Assembly: GCA_017484125.1 (NCBI GenBank)
Contig: JAFUTV010000027.1
Location: forward strand, 10,375 to 74,374
DNA from: Bacilli bacterium
Lineage (GTDB): Bacteria > Bacillota_I > Bacilli_A > RF39 > UBA660
Direction of reading: 5' to 3'
Length of the DNA: 64,000 nt
Under the pieces are notes generated by a model. That model did no database searches. It was not told where the DNA came from and saw only the letters and a list, made by a program, of their open reading frames with translations. The position numbers and the translations under genes were made by a program. Position 1 is the first letter of the stretch. Each line of letters starts with the position of its first letter. Shown here piece by piece: positions 20,928-31,195 of the stretch.

Positions 20928-22277
20928 TTATTCTCCTTCCTGTTCCACCGATGCTATATCAGTAAATGTCATAATATTAGGTTGGAACATTAATTGAAAC
21001 TTACCTGTGCCACCTTTTCTATGCTTTGCAATTATAATATCTGTTATTGAAGGGGCGTTTTTATCTAAATCTTCTTTCTTTTTATAATAGTCTTCTCTAT
21101 TTATAAATAAAACCATATCAGCATCTTGTTCAATAGAACCTGATTCTCTTAAATCTGATAATTTAGGTTCTTGTTTTGTAGTTTCTGATGAACGATTAAG
21201 TTGAGCAAGTGCAATTACAGGAACATTAAGATCAATTGACATTAATTTTAATGCCCTAGAAATTTCTTGAACTTCTTGTTGTCTTGAATCTAATCTTTTT
21301 CCACCTAAAGTAACCAACTGTAGGTAATCAATTACAACCAATCCTAATCCTTCAGGGGATTGAGCAAGTTTACGACATTTTGCTCTTATATCAGAAATAG
21401 TAACTGAAACATTTTCTTCAATCTTGATATTAGTTTGTGATAAAGCAGATATAGCCTCATTATACCTTGTCCAATCATTAGCCATTAATTGACCTGTTTG
21501 TAATACTTTGCCATCTATTGCTCCTTGTGAAGAAATCATTCTACTTACCACTTGTTCTACAGGCATTTCTAAATTAAATATTGCAATTGCCTTTTTTGTT
21601 TTACGAGCAGCATTGCAAACTATATTAAGAGCAAATGCAGTTTTACCCATACCTGGACGTGCAGCAATAATAATTACTTCACCTCCATGAAGACCAGCTG
21701 TTGCATTATCTAATCTTCTAAAACCAGTTGGAAGTCCAGATAGATTAGATTTATTTTTAGCTAGAAATTCTAATTGTGCTGTTGTTCTTTTAATTGCTTC
21801 TTCAATTGTTATTAATTCTGAAGTCTTTTGTTGCCTTGCAACATTAACTATTTTTGTTTCTGCATTATTTAAAACATCTTGAAAATTATCTGAATCCTCA
21901 TATGCATTAGTGGCAATTTCCTCAGCTGTTGTAATTAAATATCTTTGTAAATATTTTTCTTGAACTATTTGTATATAATAATCTAAATTTGCAGCAGTAG
22001 CAACACTATCTATTACTTCCGATAGATATTCTACTCCACCAATAGCAGATAAGTTTTTCTTTTTATCTAATTCTTCAGTTATTGTTGTAATATCAACAGG
22101 AATGCTAGTTTCATACATTGTCTTTAGTGCTTCAAATATCTTTTTATTTTGATCAAGATAAAACATATCAGAAGAAAGTTCTTCACATATTTTAGCTAGT
22201 GCATCTTTATCAAGAAATGCAACACCTAAAACAGACATTTCTGCTTCAATATTTTGTGGCATCTTTCTTACAGGCAT
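20928..22277 (-). CDS. dnaB: Replicative DNA helicase DnaB
   Basis: Walker A AARPGMGKTAFALN. DnaB N- and C-domain architecture. Confidence 0.9.
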   Translation of the reverse strand: MPVRKMPQNIEAEMSVLGVAFLDKDALAKICEELSSDMFYLDQNKKIFEALKTMYETSIPVDITTITEELDKKKNLSAIGGVEYLSEVIDSVATAANLDYYIQIVQEKYLQRYLITTAEEIATNAYEDSDNFQDVLNNAETKIVNVARQQKTSELITIEEAIKRTTAQLEFLAKNKSNLSGLPTGFRRLDNATAGLHGGEVIIIAARPGMGKTAFALNIVCNAARKTKKAIAIFNLEMPVEQVVSRMISSQGAIDGKVLQTGQLMANDWTRYNEAISALSQTNIKIEENVSVTISDIRAKCRKLAQSPEGLGLVVIDYLQLVTLGGKRLDSRQQEVQEISRALKLMSIDLNVPVIALAQLNRSSETTKQEPKLSDLRESGSIEQDADMVLFINREDYYKKKEDLDKNAPSITDIIIAKHRKGGTGKFQLMFQPNIMTFTDIASVEQEGE

Positions 22278-22288
22278 AACTTACCTCC

Positions 22289-22729
22289 TTATTTTTTTAA
22301 TGTTACTTTTATATTAAATTTAACTTTTTTATGTAATTCAATTTCAACTTCTGTAGTTCCTAATGTATCTATTGGACTATTAATATGAATACATTTTTTA
22401 TCTATTTTATATCCTAGGTCTTGTAATTTACTATTAAGTTGTTTAATTGATACATTTCCAAATACTTTATCTTGTGCACCAACTTTAACAGTAAAAATAA
22501 TATTTTCTTTCAATAATTTATCTTTAATTTTATTACATTCATTTATAAATATTTCTTCTTCTTTAGCTCTATTATCTTTTTGATCTTGTAATAATTCTTT
22601 TGCTTTAGAGCTTGCTGGAACAGCTAATTTATTTTTTATTAAAAAGTTTTTAGCATATCCATCAGATACTTCAATAATATCATCTTTCTTACCTTGTTTT
22701 TTTACATCTTGAAGTAATATTACTTTCAT
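22289..22729 (-). CDS. rplI: 50S ribosomal protein L9
   Basis: [30 protein letters not shown]. Confidence 0.9.
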   Translation of the reverse strand: MKVILLQDVKKQGKKDDIIEVSDGYAKNFLIKNKLAVPASSKAKELLQDQKDNRAKEEEIFINECNKIKDKLLKENIIFTVKVGAQDKVFGNVSIKQLNSKLQDLGYKIDKKCIHINSPIDTLGTTEVEIELHKKVKFNIKVTLKK

Positions 22730-22770
22730 AGTTAGTCACTTCCAATCTGTATATTTAATTATATCATTTT

Positions 22771-22815
22771 ATAAATAAAAAAGATACCTAAAGTTTATAT
22801 AACTTTAGGTATCTT
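22771..22815 (-). terminator. Rho-independent terminator
   Basis: aagatacctaaagtt-tatataa-ctttaggtatctt long hairpin with a U-run in the minus transcript, downstream of 22824..23315. Confidence 0.5.
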
Positions 22816-22823
22816 AATTAATA

Positions 22824-23315
22824 TTATCTTAGAAAAAATGTATTATAATTATTGTAATAATAATATTTACAATTAGCATTTTTTGATAATTTTGTTTCAG
22901 AAATAACTTTTAACCTATTTATATTAAATGTACTTAAAAATGAATCTAATAATTTATAATCTATTTTATAGTATTTATTATTAAAATATACTATATATAT
23001 TGGGTAACAATTTATCATAGTTGGTGATACAAGAATACTGGAAGTATCTTTAACTATTATGCGATGTGCATTTAAATCTTCAAAGATATTTTTATAATAT
23101 AGTAAATCTCTTTCTTCTATTAAATGATTTAAATAAATGATAACATCAAAAGTTAATATATTAGAGAATAATTTATTTTTTTTCATATCTTCAATAAACA
23201 TATTACTATGTATAATATCCCCATTTTTAATTGAATCTGTAACTATATGAATAATTTTATTATTTTTTAAAATATCTATATAATTTGAATTAATATAACA
23301 CTTAATTTTGTTCAT
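22824..23315 (-). CDS. Hypothetical protein co-transcribed with the SpoIIQ-like gene
   Basis: 163-aa soluble protein, Asn/Tyr-rich. Start overlaps the upstream gene by 14 nt. No family recognised. Confidence 0.45.
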   Translation of the reverse strand: MNKIKCYINSNYIDILKNNKIIHIVTDSIKNGDIIHSNMFIEDMKKNKLFSNILTFDVIIYLNHLIEERDLLYYKNIFEDLNAHRIIVKDTSSILVSPTMINCYPIYIVYFNNKYYKIDYKLLDSFLSTFNINRLKVISETKLSKNANCKYYYYNNYNTFFLR

Positions 23316-23946
23316 TTAATTCTTCAATAGATAATTTATAGAAACTTTCGGGATTTATTAATTCACCATCTTTATATACTTCAAAATGTAATGCATATAA
23401 GTCATTATTTACTATTTTATTTTGACCAGAAACACCTATTATCTCTCCTTGAATCACTTTTTGACCAACACTTACATTTACATTGGCTAAACTTTGATAA
23501 ATAGTTATATTATTGTTATTATGATCTATTTCAACTATTTTGCCCATTATGGGATCATCTTTAATATCTTTTATAGTACCATCTAATACTGCAATTACAT
23601 TAAATTCATTCTCACAAGTATACATTATACCAGTATTTTGCATGTATATATTTTCATAATAAATTAAAGCAGATTGTTGATTCGAATCACTATCATTTAT
23701 ATTATAAAATGGAATACTTACTTTTACATTTTCATTATCATATGGTTTAATAATTGCATCAACTACAGATATAGTGGGAGTAATTCTTTCATTAGTAGAT
23801 TTATTAACATAATTAGTTGGTACAACCTCTTGATCACTAACATCTACTAACTCCCATATCTTATATCCGCTGTAAAGAATTATTCCTAATAATAATATGC
23901 AAATAGATGGAATAACATAACCTCTTAATCTTAATTTCTTTTTCAT
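23302..23946 (-). CDS. Membrane-anchored degenerate LytM (M23) domain protein, SpoIIQ-like
   Basis: N-terminal TM. M23 second motif retained (ALHFEV), but the first Zn ligand (HxxxD) is replaced (NTGIMYTCEN). Lies directly downstream of spoIID, as in some Clostridia. Confidence 0.5.
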   Translation of the reverse strand: MKKKLRLRGYVIPSICILLLGIILYSGYKIWELVDVSDQEVVPTNYVNKSTNERITPTISVVDAIIKPYDNENVKVSIPFYNINDSDSNQQSALIYYENIYMQNTGIMYTCENEFNVIAVLDGTIKDIKDDPIMGKIVEIDHNNNNITIYQSLANVNVSVGQKVIQGEIIGVSGQNKIVNNDLYALHFEVYKDGELINPESFYKLSIEELNEQN

Positions 23947-23996
23947 ATATTGTTCACCTTCCTATTAAAAGTGTGAACAATAATTCTTATTTTATA

Positions 23997-24878
23997 CTAA
24001 AAATTTTCAATACTAACATTTTTATAATAATAGTTAATTATTTCTTCATATGTATTTCCTTGGTTAGCTAAATAATTAGCACCATATTGACTCATGCCAA
24101 CACCATGACCGTATCCTTTAGTAGTAATTAATATTTCATCTTCCTTTTTTTCTATTATAAAATCAGTTGAACGAAGAGAAAGCATTGTTCTAAAATTTGT
24201 TCCTTGGTATTCTTTATTATTTATACTTAAAGATATAACCCTATTAGTATCATCTCTTTTAATATCACTTATATTGATACTACATGGATTAATATTTAAT
24301 AAATTACAAAAATTATAGTATGTAAAAGATGTAGTTACTTCAAAATTATTTAAATTTTCATCAAATGAAGAGTCTACTACGGATAAATATGGTAAATCCT
24401 CATTAAAAACAGGCATAGCATTACTTGTTTTTCCATTACTCATTGCATAGTAGTATGATTTTATTATTCTATTATCATATTTTATTACTAAATTATTTGT
24501 AGATAATACTACACTTTTTATTTTGTTATAATATTTATTATATTCATCTAACCATTTATTTTTCATTTGAACATCATCAATAAAGCACTGTGCTTTAGAA
24601 GAAATATTAATCTCATTATCTTTTAAGTAATTATAAGCAAATGTTCTTGAGGCAATTGCTTGGGCTTTTAGTGCTTCAATATTAAAAGAAGCTGGCATTT
24701 CACAGCCAACTACCCCGATTAAATAATCATTTAATGATAATTTTACTTCAGTATCTTTATCAATTAAGTTAACTATTACATCTCTTTGTTCATTTTCAAA
24801 TTCTTTTTCTTCATTTTTAGTAAAAACTGCTAATGGTACTAAAAGAATAATACATAAGACTAATAGTTTATTTTTCAT
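23997..24878 (-). CDS. spoIID: SpoIID/LytB-domain lytic transglycosylase
   Basis: LKAQAIASRTFAY and SYYYAMSNGKT motifs, signal peptide. Conserved linkage to murA. Confidence 0.75.
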   Translation of the reverse strand: MKNKLLVLCIILLVPLAVFTKNEEKEFENEQRDVIVNLIDKDTEVKLSLNDYLIGVVGCEMPASFNIEALKAQAIASRTFAYNYLKDNEINISSKAQCFIDDVQMKNKWLDEYNKYYNKIKSVVLSTNNLVIKYDNRIIKSYYYAMSNGKTSNAMPVFNEDLPYLSVVDSSFDENLNNFEVTTSFTYYNFCNLLNINPCSINISDIKRDDTNRVISLSINNKEYQGTNFRTMLSLRSTDFIIEKKEDEILITTKGYGHGVGMSQYGANYLANQGNTYEEIINYYYKNVSIENF

Positions 24879-24888
24879 ATATATTCTC

Positions 24889-25104
24889 CTATATTAATTT
24901 CGATAAAGATAAAAAGTCAGTAATAAAATTTGTTAATAAATAACCAAATATAAAACTTAGCATTAGTACTATTATTCTTGCTTCTAAAGGTTTATTTTTT
25001 TTCATTATCTTATCAAAATTAATTCCACTTAAAGCATATGTAGATAGTAGTACACTTATTACATAAATATATATTTTAAATGGCATTATACTCACCATTT
25101 TCAT
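24889..25104 (-). CDS. Possible small two-TM membrane protein
   Basis: 71-aa ORF with two hydrophobic helices. Overlaps the rpiB 3' end by 29 nt, so uncertain. Confidence 0.3.
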   Translation of the reverse strand: MKMVSIMPFKIYIYVISVLLSTYALSGINFDKIMKKNKPLEARIIVLMLSFIFGYLLTNFITDFLSLSKLI

Positions 25105-25543
25105 ATAATGTTATTTTATTTACTCTTCTCACATGTCTATCCTCATCAGATGGAACACTATTAATAAATGCTTTACATATTTCTAAAGCTAAAGAATGAT
25201 CCATAGATGCTGGAAGCGAAATAACATTAGCATGATTATGCTCTTTTGATGCTTTGGCATCATCTATACTCGTTACTCTGCCACATCTAATTCCATTCAC
25301 TTTGTTTGCGGCAATAGCAATTCCAATTCCATTACCACATATAAGAATTCCTAAATCTCTTTCTTTTGACATATGCATACAAACATCAAAAGCAAAATCA
25401 GGATAGTCATCTTCTGAAGAATTTTCAATTTTACTTTTAATCACATTAGATTCTTTAGATAATTCTTGAACTAAATATTCTTTCAACGCAACTCCACGAT
25501 GGTCAGAAGCAATATATATACTCACAATAATACCTTCTTTCAT
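25076..25543 (-). CDS. rpiB: Ribose-5-phosphate isomerase B
   Basis: IYIASDHRG...GILICGNGIGIAIAANK. Confidence 0.85.
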   Translation of the reverse strand: MKEGIIVSIYIASDHRGVALKEYLVQELSKESNVIKSKIENSSEDDYPDFAFDVCMHMSKERDLGILICGNGIGIAIAANKVNGIRCGRVTSIDDAKASKEHNHANVISLPASMDHSLALEICKAFINSVPSDEDRHVRRVNKITLYENGEYNAI

Positions 25544-25577
25544 AATAATATAATATCATAAATTAGATTTATAGAAA

Positions 25578-25601
25578 CAAAAAACTGCATTTAATGCAGT
25601 C
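25578..25601 (-). terminator. Rho-independent terminator of rpmE
   Basis: actgcatttaatgcagt hairpin plus an A-run on the plus strand. Confidence 0.5.
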
Positions 25602-25811
25602 TTATTTACTTTCTGTAAAACCATATTTTTTGTTGAATTTCTCAATAGTTCCAGCTTTTTTAGCTCTACCTTGTGCACCAGTATAGAATGGATGACATTC
25701 TGAACATACTTCACAATGAATCTTTTCTTTTGTAGATTTAACAGTGAATTTAGCGCCACATACACATTCAACTTGAGTTTCATACATTGTTGGATGAACT
25801 TCTTTTTTCAT
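25602..25811 (-). CDS. rpmE: 50S ribosomal protein L31 (Zn-ribbon type)
   Basis: MKKEVHP...CVCG...CSECHPFYTG. Start refined to ATG 25811, preceded by RBS AAAGGAGAAA. Confidence 0.9.
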   Translation of the reverse strand: MKKEVHPTMYETQVECVCGAKFTVKSTKEKIHCEVCSECHPFYTGAQGRAKKAGTIEKFNKKYGFTESK

Positions 25812-25954
25812 GTTAATTTCTCCTTTCGCCATGTTTAATTATTAAACATAGTAATTGCTTTTGTCTAAAGTATTATAGCACAAATTTTAAATAAATCAAT
25901 ATTTTTTATAGTTATATAAAGTATTAACATTATTTATGTAAAATTTAGTTTAAT

Positions 25955-26503
25955 TTACTTTTCCCATGAATTAGCTATTTTTTTTGTTAACAATTGAGCT
26001 AATAAGAATGATTTATTTTGAAAAGATGATCCATTTAAAAATATTATATTATACTTATGACATAACTCTTTTATTTGTGTAGTATTTTTAATTTTATATG
26101 GACTTACAAAGAAAACTTGTTTATTATTAAGATTTCTTATTAATTTAAATAATTTATTTATTTCATTAATAATTGTTTTTAAATCCTCTGTTTTATAATC
26201 TATATTTCCAATTGATAATATAATTATTTCACTATCATGTAGTATTGATTGAATTTGTCCTTCATTATTTTGAATTATTGCTAATAGATTTTCTATTTCT
26301 AAATCCTTATTAGTAAAATCTATATTTAATTTATAATTTAGTTTAGTATTTGATAGGTATTCTGATAAAAACTTATTATAATTTTCTTGATCATTTAAAC
26401 TATTAATAGATGTAATATTAATTGTTTTTTCATAATACCTATTATAAATAATATAAATAGTAAAAGAAGAAATTATTATTAATAATATTATTTTTATTTT
26501 CAT
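25955..26503 (-). CDS. Hypothetical membrane-anchored protein
   Basis: N-terminal TM plus a roughly 150-aa domain. No family recognised. Confidence 0.45.
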   Translation of the reverse strand: MKIKIILLIIISSFTIYIIYNRYYEKTINITSINSLNDQENYNKFLSEYLSNTKLNYKLNIDFTNKDLEIENLLAIIQNNEGQIQSILHDSEIIILSIGNIDYKTEDLKTIINEINKLFKLIRNLNNKQVFFVSPYKIKNTTQIKELCHKYNIIFLNGSSFQNKSFLLAQLLTKKIANSWEK

Positions 26504-26545
26504 AATATTTCACATCCATAAAAAAAATAGTAACTTAATACTATT

Positions 26546-27796
26546 TTATTCAATAATTTTTATTTTAGCACCAACACTACGCAATTTTTCAACAATATTT
26601 TCATATCCTCTTAATACATGTTCAATTTCATCAATTTCCGTTGTATTATTTGCTTTAAGTGCCGCTAAAATTAAACATGCTCCAGCACGTAAATCAGTAG
26701 CAGTTACTTTTTCACCATGAAGTGGCGTTGGTCCAGTTATCTTTATTTGCTTATCATTAATTTTTATATCTGCACCCATATTATTTAAATATAAAACATT
26801 TTGAAATCTATTTTCATAAATAGTTTCAGTTATTGATGATGTTCCAACACATTGAGTTAATAAAGCTGTTAATGGTTGCTGTAAGTCGGTTGGAAATCCG
26901 GGATATCCCAATGTTCTTACATTAACACTTTTTAAATTATCACTTTTTGATACTGTAATAGAATTTATATCAATATTTAATGGAATACCCATTTCAGTTA
27001 ATTTAGATGTTAATGATTTAATGTGATCTGGTATTATATTTTCTATTTTTAGATTATTTCCCACAAGCGCACCTAAAATAACATATGTTCCTGCTTCAAT
27101 TCTATCTGGTATTACTTCGGTATAGCAACTATCTAATTTTTCTACACCATATATTTTAATTTCACTAGTTCCTGCGCCTCTTATTTTAGCTCCCATTTGA
27201 TTTAAGAATGTTGCTACATTAACTATTTCTGGTTCTTTTGCAGCATTTCTTAAAATTGTTAAGCCTTTTGCTTTACATGAGGCAATAATTGTATTAATTG
27301 TTGCACCAACTGATGGCATGTCTAAATAGATGGTTGTACCTTTTAATTCTTCTGCTGTAATTGTATACTTATTATTATCTTCGATAATTTTTGCTCCTAA
27401 AGCCTTAAATGCCTTTAATGTTTGATCTATTGGACGAGCACCTATTTTACAACCACCTGGAAAATACATTTCTACTTTTTTGTATTTACCAAGTAAAGCA
27501 GCCATAAAATAATATGATGCTCTTAATTTTTTTGATATTTTTTGAGGTATTGACTTATTTTTAATAGTTCTAGAATCTATTCTAATTGTTGTTTTATCTC
27601 TTTGTACAGTTGCTCCTAAATATAGTAATATTTCATTTAATGCATCTATATCAGATATATTTGGAACATTATCTATTGTTACTTCACCATCACATAATAA
27701 TGATGCTGGAATAAGTGCAACAGCACTATTTTTAGCTCCACCAATTGTTATATTACCGCTTAATTCATTTCCACCTTCGATTATTATTTTCGCCAT
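26546..27796 (-). CDS. murA: UDP-N-acetylglucosamine 1-carboxyvinyltransferase
   Basis: N-terminus MAKIIIEGGNELSGNITIGGAKNSA. 416 aa. Confidence 0.9.
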   Translation of the reverse strand: MAKIIIEGGNELSGNITIGGAKNSAVALIPASLLCDGEVTIDNVPNISDIDALNEILLYLGATVQRDKTTIRIDSRTIKNKSIPQKISKKLRASYYFMAALLGKYKKVEMYFPGGCKIGARPIDQTLKAFKALGAKIIEDNNKYTITAEELKGTTIYLDMPSVGATINTIIASCKAKGLTILRNAAKEPEIVNVATFLNQMGAKIRGAGTSEIKIYGVEKLDSCYTEVIPDRIEAGTYVILGALVGNNLKIENIIPDHIKSLTSKLTEMGIPLNIDINSITVSKSDNLKSVNVRTLGYPGFPTDLQQPLTALLTQCVGTSSITETIYENRFQNVLYLNNMGADIKINDKQIKITGPTPLHGEKVTATDLRAGACLILAALKANNTTEIDEIEHVLRGYENIVEKLRSVGAKIKIIE

Positions 27797-27892
27797 ATAT
27801 ATTCCTCTCGTCTACCCTTACTATATAATTAAATGCAGTTAGTTGTCAAATTATTATTAATTTTCTTTACAATGAGTAAACATTTATATATA

Positions 27893-28393
27893 TTAAATAT
27901 TAAAATTATTTAATACTTCTTTAATCAATGATTTATATTCTATGTTAGTTGTATTATTATCCTCTTTTACTAAACACAATGGAGGATATAATACACACCA
28001 ATAGTTATCACCTAAACCACTATCTAAAGTAATAACAAGTGATTTATACTTTCCTTTTGGATAAGTAATTCCTTTATATTGCTTTTGAGGAAAATAATTA
28101 TTACCATAATCTATACGATAATTTACGTTATATTTATTTAATGCTTCTTTTATTTTAGGAATAGACTCAGCTATCAACACTTCTGAGGAAGAATATGTTT
28201 CTTTTACTGTATTAGGTAAAATATTATCTATTAAATCACTTTTTATTCTATTTTTTAAAGCCTGGTCTTCAATTGAATTAGAATTTGCTATTATTCTAAA
28301 TCTTATAGATTCTTTTGGTATAACTATTTCATCTTTAATGCTAAACAAATAAACAACAGATGTTAGAAATAACAATATTATAACTTTTTTCAT
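27893..28393 (-). CDS. spoIIR: Stage II sporulation protein R
   Basis: Signal peptide. IRFRIIANSNS and YPKGKYKSLVITLDSGLGDNYWCVLYPPLC match the recalled B. subtilis SpoIIR motifs IRLRILANSDS and ...GANWWCVLFPPLC. Lies next to prmC-prfA as in Bacillus. Confidence 0.75.
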   Translation of the reverse strand: MKKVIILLFLTSVVYLFSIKDEIVIPKESIRFRIIANSNSIEDQALKNRIKSDLIDNILPNTVKETYSSSEVLIAESIPKIKEALNKYNVNYRIDYGNNYFPQKQYKGITYPKGKYKSLVITLDSGLGDNYWCVLYPPLCLVKEDNNTTNIEYKSLIKEVLNNFNI

Positions 28394-28448
28394 ATTATCA
28401 CCAATATTATAATGAAAAAAATATAAGCTTTTTATTCACTTATATTAT

Positions 28449-29174
28449 TTATTGGTTAATTATAAATATGTATCTATCTAAATTGTTTAAATCCTTTTTA
28501 GTAACTATATTAGATTTCGGAAAATAATTTTTAATTAAATCAACAACTTTTTCTTCCTGGTTAGATCCTATTTCAAAAGCAATAATATTCTTTTTTGTTA
28601 ATATTGATTTGCTTTTTTCTAAGATAATTTTATAAAATTCTAGTCCATCATCTTTAGCATAAAGAGCAATTTGAGGCTCATACTTTGTTGAAATATCCAC
28701 ATATTCATTCTTATCTATATATGGAGGATTTGAAATTAATACATTATATTTATTTTTAGGATTAAATTTATAGATATCTTCATTAATAAAATCAATATTG
28801 GCATTATTAATAATTGCACTTTTTTTGGATAATTCTATTGCATCATTAGAAATATCTAATGCACTTACATTAATATTTAGTTCTTTAGATAAAGCAATAG
28901 CTATACATCCTGATCCAGAACAAATATCTATTATTTTAGGATTATCAATATAGTTATTTATTAATTTAATAGTATCTGATACTAAATATTCAGTTTCAAA
29001 TCTTGGTATTAATACATTTTCATTTACCATTATTTTATAACCATAAAAATCTACATTACCAATTAAATACTGAATAGGATAACCATTATTTAATCTATTT
29101 AATTGTTCATTATAATTATTTGGATACATCCTTTTTAATATTTCCAAATCTTGTTTTGAATACTTATCAAACAT
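28449..29174 (-). CDS. prmC: Release-factor glutamine methyltransferase
   Basis: NPPY motif and SAM-binding DICSGSGCIA. Confidence 0.85.
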   Translation of the reverse strand: MFDKYSKQDLEILKRMYPNNYNEQLNRLNNGYPIQYLIGNVDFYGYKIMVNENVLIPRFETEYLVSDTIKLINNYIDNPKIIDICSGSGCIAIALSKELNINVSALDISNDAIELSKKSAIINNANIDFINEDIYKFNPKNKYNVLISNPPYIDKNEYVDISTKYEPQIALYAKDDGLEFYKIILEKSKSILTKKNIIAFEIGSNQEEKVVDLIKNYFPKSNIVTKKDLNNLDRYIFIINQ

Positions 29175-30229
29175 TATTTACCTTCTAATTTTAATCTTTG
29201 ATCTTCAGTAATTAGTGCTTCAATCACAGGCTCTAAATTACCTTCCATTACTTTATCTAGTTCCATTATAGAAAAATTAATACGATGATCTGTTACTCTA
29301 TTTTGTGGATAGTTATATGTTCTAATTTTTTCAGACCTATCTCCTGTTCCCACTTTACTCTTTCTTTCTGCACCAACTTCCATTGCTAATTTATTTTCTG
29401 CTTCGTCATGCAGTTTAGCTGCAAGCATTTGCATTGCTTTTTCTTTGTTTTTAAGTTGGCTTCTTTCAATTTGGCAAGTAACCACTGTGTTAGTTGGTAA
29501 ATGAGTAATACGTACTGCTGAATTAGACGTATTAACTGATTGTCCACCGGCACCTGATGAGTGATAAACATCAACTTTAAGATCTGTTTCTTTTATTTCA
29601 ATTGTTTCTAAATCAACTTCTGGCATAACTACAACTGTTGCAGTTGAAGTATGAACTCTGCCACCAGATTCTGTTTCAGGTACCCTTTGTACTCTATGTG
29701 AACCACTTTCAAATTTTAATTTTGAGTAAACATTATCACCTTTAATTAAACATTCTATTTGTGAATATCCACCAGCTGCACCTTCTATTTCATGTAATAC
29801 TTCTAAAGTCCATCCTTGTTTTTCAGCATATCTAGAATACATTCTAAATAAATCTCCAGCAAAAATATTGGCTTCATCTCCACCAGCTGCTCCCCTAATT
29901 TCCATAATAATATTTTTTTCATCATTAGGATCTTTAGGAAGTAATAATAATTCTAATTCATGTTCTAATTTAGGTAATTCTATTTCTTTTTGAGTTAATT
30001 CCTCATTTGCAAAATCATGCATTTCAGGATCATTTAATAACTCTTTAGCATCTTTAATATCTTGTTCACATCTTTGATATTCTTGATATTTTAATACAAT
30101 ACTCTCTAAATCTTTTTGTTCTTTAGATAATTTTTTTAATTTATTAAAATCACTTAAGACTTCTGGTTTAGTTAATTCAACCGTTAATTCATCATATTTA
30201 TTCTTAATATTTTCTAGTCTTTCGTTCAT
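29174..30229 (-). CDS. prfA: Peptide chain release factor 1
   Basis: GGQ motif SGAGGQSVN. Start refined to MNERLENIK at 30229 with RBS AAAGGAGA. Confidence 0.9.
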   Translation of the reverse strand: MNERLENIKNKYDELTVELTKPEVLSDFNKLKKLSKEQKDLESIVLKYQEYQRCEQDIKDAKELLNDPEMHDFANEELTQKEIELPKLEHELELLLLPKDPNDEKNIIMEIRGAAGGDEANIFAGDLFRMYSRYAEKQGWTLEVLHEIEGAAGGYSQIECLIKGDNVYSKLKFESGSHRVQRVPETESGGRVHTSTATVVVMPEVDLETIEIKETDLKVDVYHSSGAGGQSVNTSNSAVRITHLPTNTVVTCQIERSQLKNKEKAMQMLAAKLHDEAENKLAMEVGAERKSKVGTGDRSEKIRTYNYPQNRVTDHRINFSIMELDKVMEGNLEPVIEALITEDQRLKLEGK

Positions 30230-30267
30230 AAATTCATCTCCTTTTAAAGAAAGAAAGCAAACCATTA

Positions 30268-30711
30268 TTATCCTATGTTTGCTTCATCATCTTCATCATC
30301 AGTGATAATTACTAAATCTTTCAAATCGTCTTCTTCAACATCATCATCACTATCTTCATCATAATAAGTTTCATCAGTTTCATCACTTACATCTGTATCA
30401 TCTTCAGTTTCTTCAACTGTTTCTTCTTCATCTTCTTCTTCATTGTCCATAATTATTTGTGTTTTATATTTGTCTTTTAAATCCCAAAATCCTTTATCAA
30501 GCATTGTAAATCTTTGATCTCTAGATATTAATTGAAAAAAATCACCTATTCTAGCTTCATATTCAGATTCATCTAATTCAAGTAATTTACATATTTTTTT
30601 AAATAAATCAGGTAATTTTAACTTCTTTTTTTCTTCTTCAAATATTTTATAGGCTATATCATCATAACTCATAGATTCTAATTCTTCTTTTGATAAACTT
30701 TTTAATTTCAT
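30268..30711 (-). CDS. rpoE: RNA polymerase delta subunit
   Basis: N-terminal HARE-HTH-like domain (DIAYKIFEE...FFQLISRDQRF) plus a poly-acidic C-terminal tail. Confidence 0.8.
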   Translation of the reverse strand: MKLKSLSKEELESMSYDDIAYKIFEEEKKKLKLPDLFKKICKLLELDESEYEARIGDFFQLISRDQRFTMLDKGFWDLKDKYKTQIIMDNEEEDEEETVEETEDDTDVSDETDETYYDEDSDDDVEEDDLKDLVIITDDEDDEANIG

Positions 30712-30733
30712 TATATTTCATCCCTTCTAATAA

Positions 30734-31099
30734 TTAATCTAACTCATTATATGTAATTATTTCTATAGTTGTTAATTCTTCATCAGATTCTAACTTGTAA
30801 TTAATAATATATTTATTACCATTTATTTTTATACTAATATCTTCAATTAAAATATTAAATGTAATATTATGTTTTTTTAACTTAATAGAAGAATTATTTA
30901 AACTTAATTTAAATATACTATCATCATTTTCTTTTTCTAAATCTAAATAATTATTTTTAATAGATATAGAAAAGTGTTCATTATCGGCTACGAACAATAT
31001 TTTATCATGCTTTTTGAAATATGCAATATTATTTTTAAATATTTTTAAATTATTATTTTTATATAATTTAAAATCCAAAAAATACTTAATAAAAATCAC
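30734..31099 (-). CDS. Hypothetical protein
   Basis: 121-aa ORF. No motif recognised. Confidence 0.35.
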   Translation of the reverse strand: MIFIKYFLDFKLYKNNNLKIFKNNIAYFKKHDKILFVADNEHFSISIKNNYLDLEKENDDSIFKLSLNNSSIKLKKHNITFNILIEDISIKINGNKYIINYKLESDEELTTIEIITYNELD

Positions 31100-31195
31100 C
31101 CACTAAATTTTACAAAAACCATTATAGCATATACATTTAAAATTGACTACATAATTTATTAATTTTTTTTCATATTAATAAAAGGGTGGTATTTA

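Noticed and set aside
25556-25783. 75-aa minus-strand ORF overlapping rpmE in another frame.
   Set aside because: The rpmE frame gives a textbook L31 sequence, so the overlapping frame is spurious.
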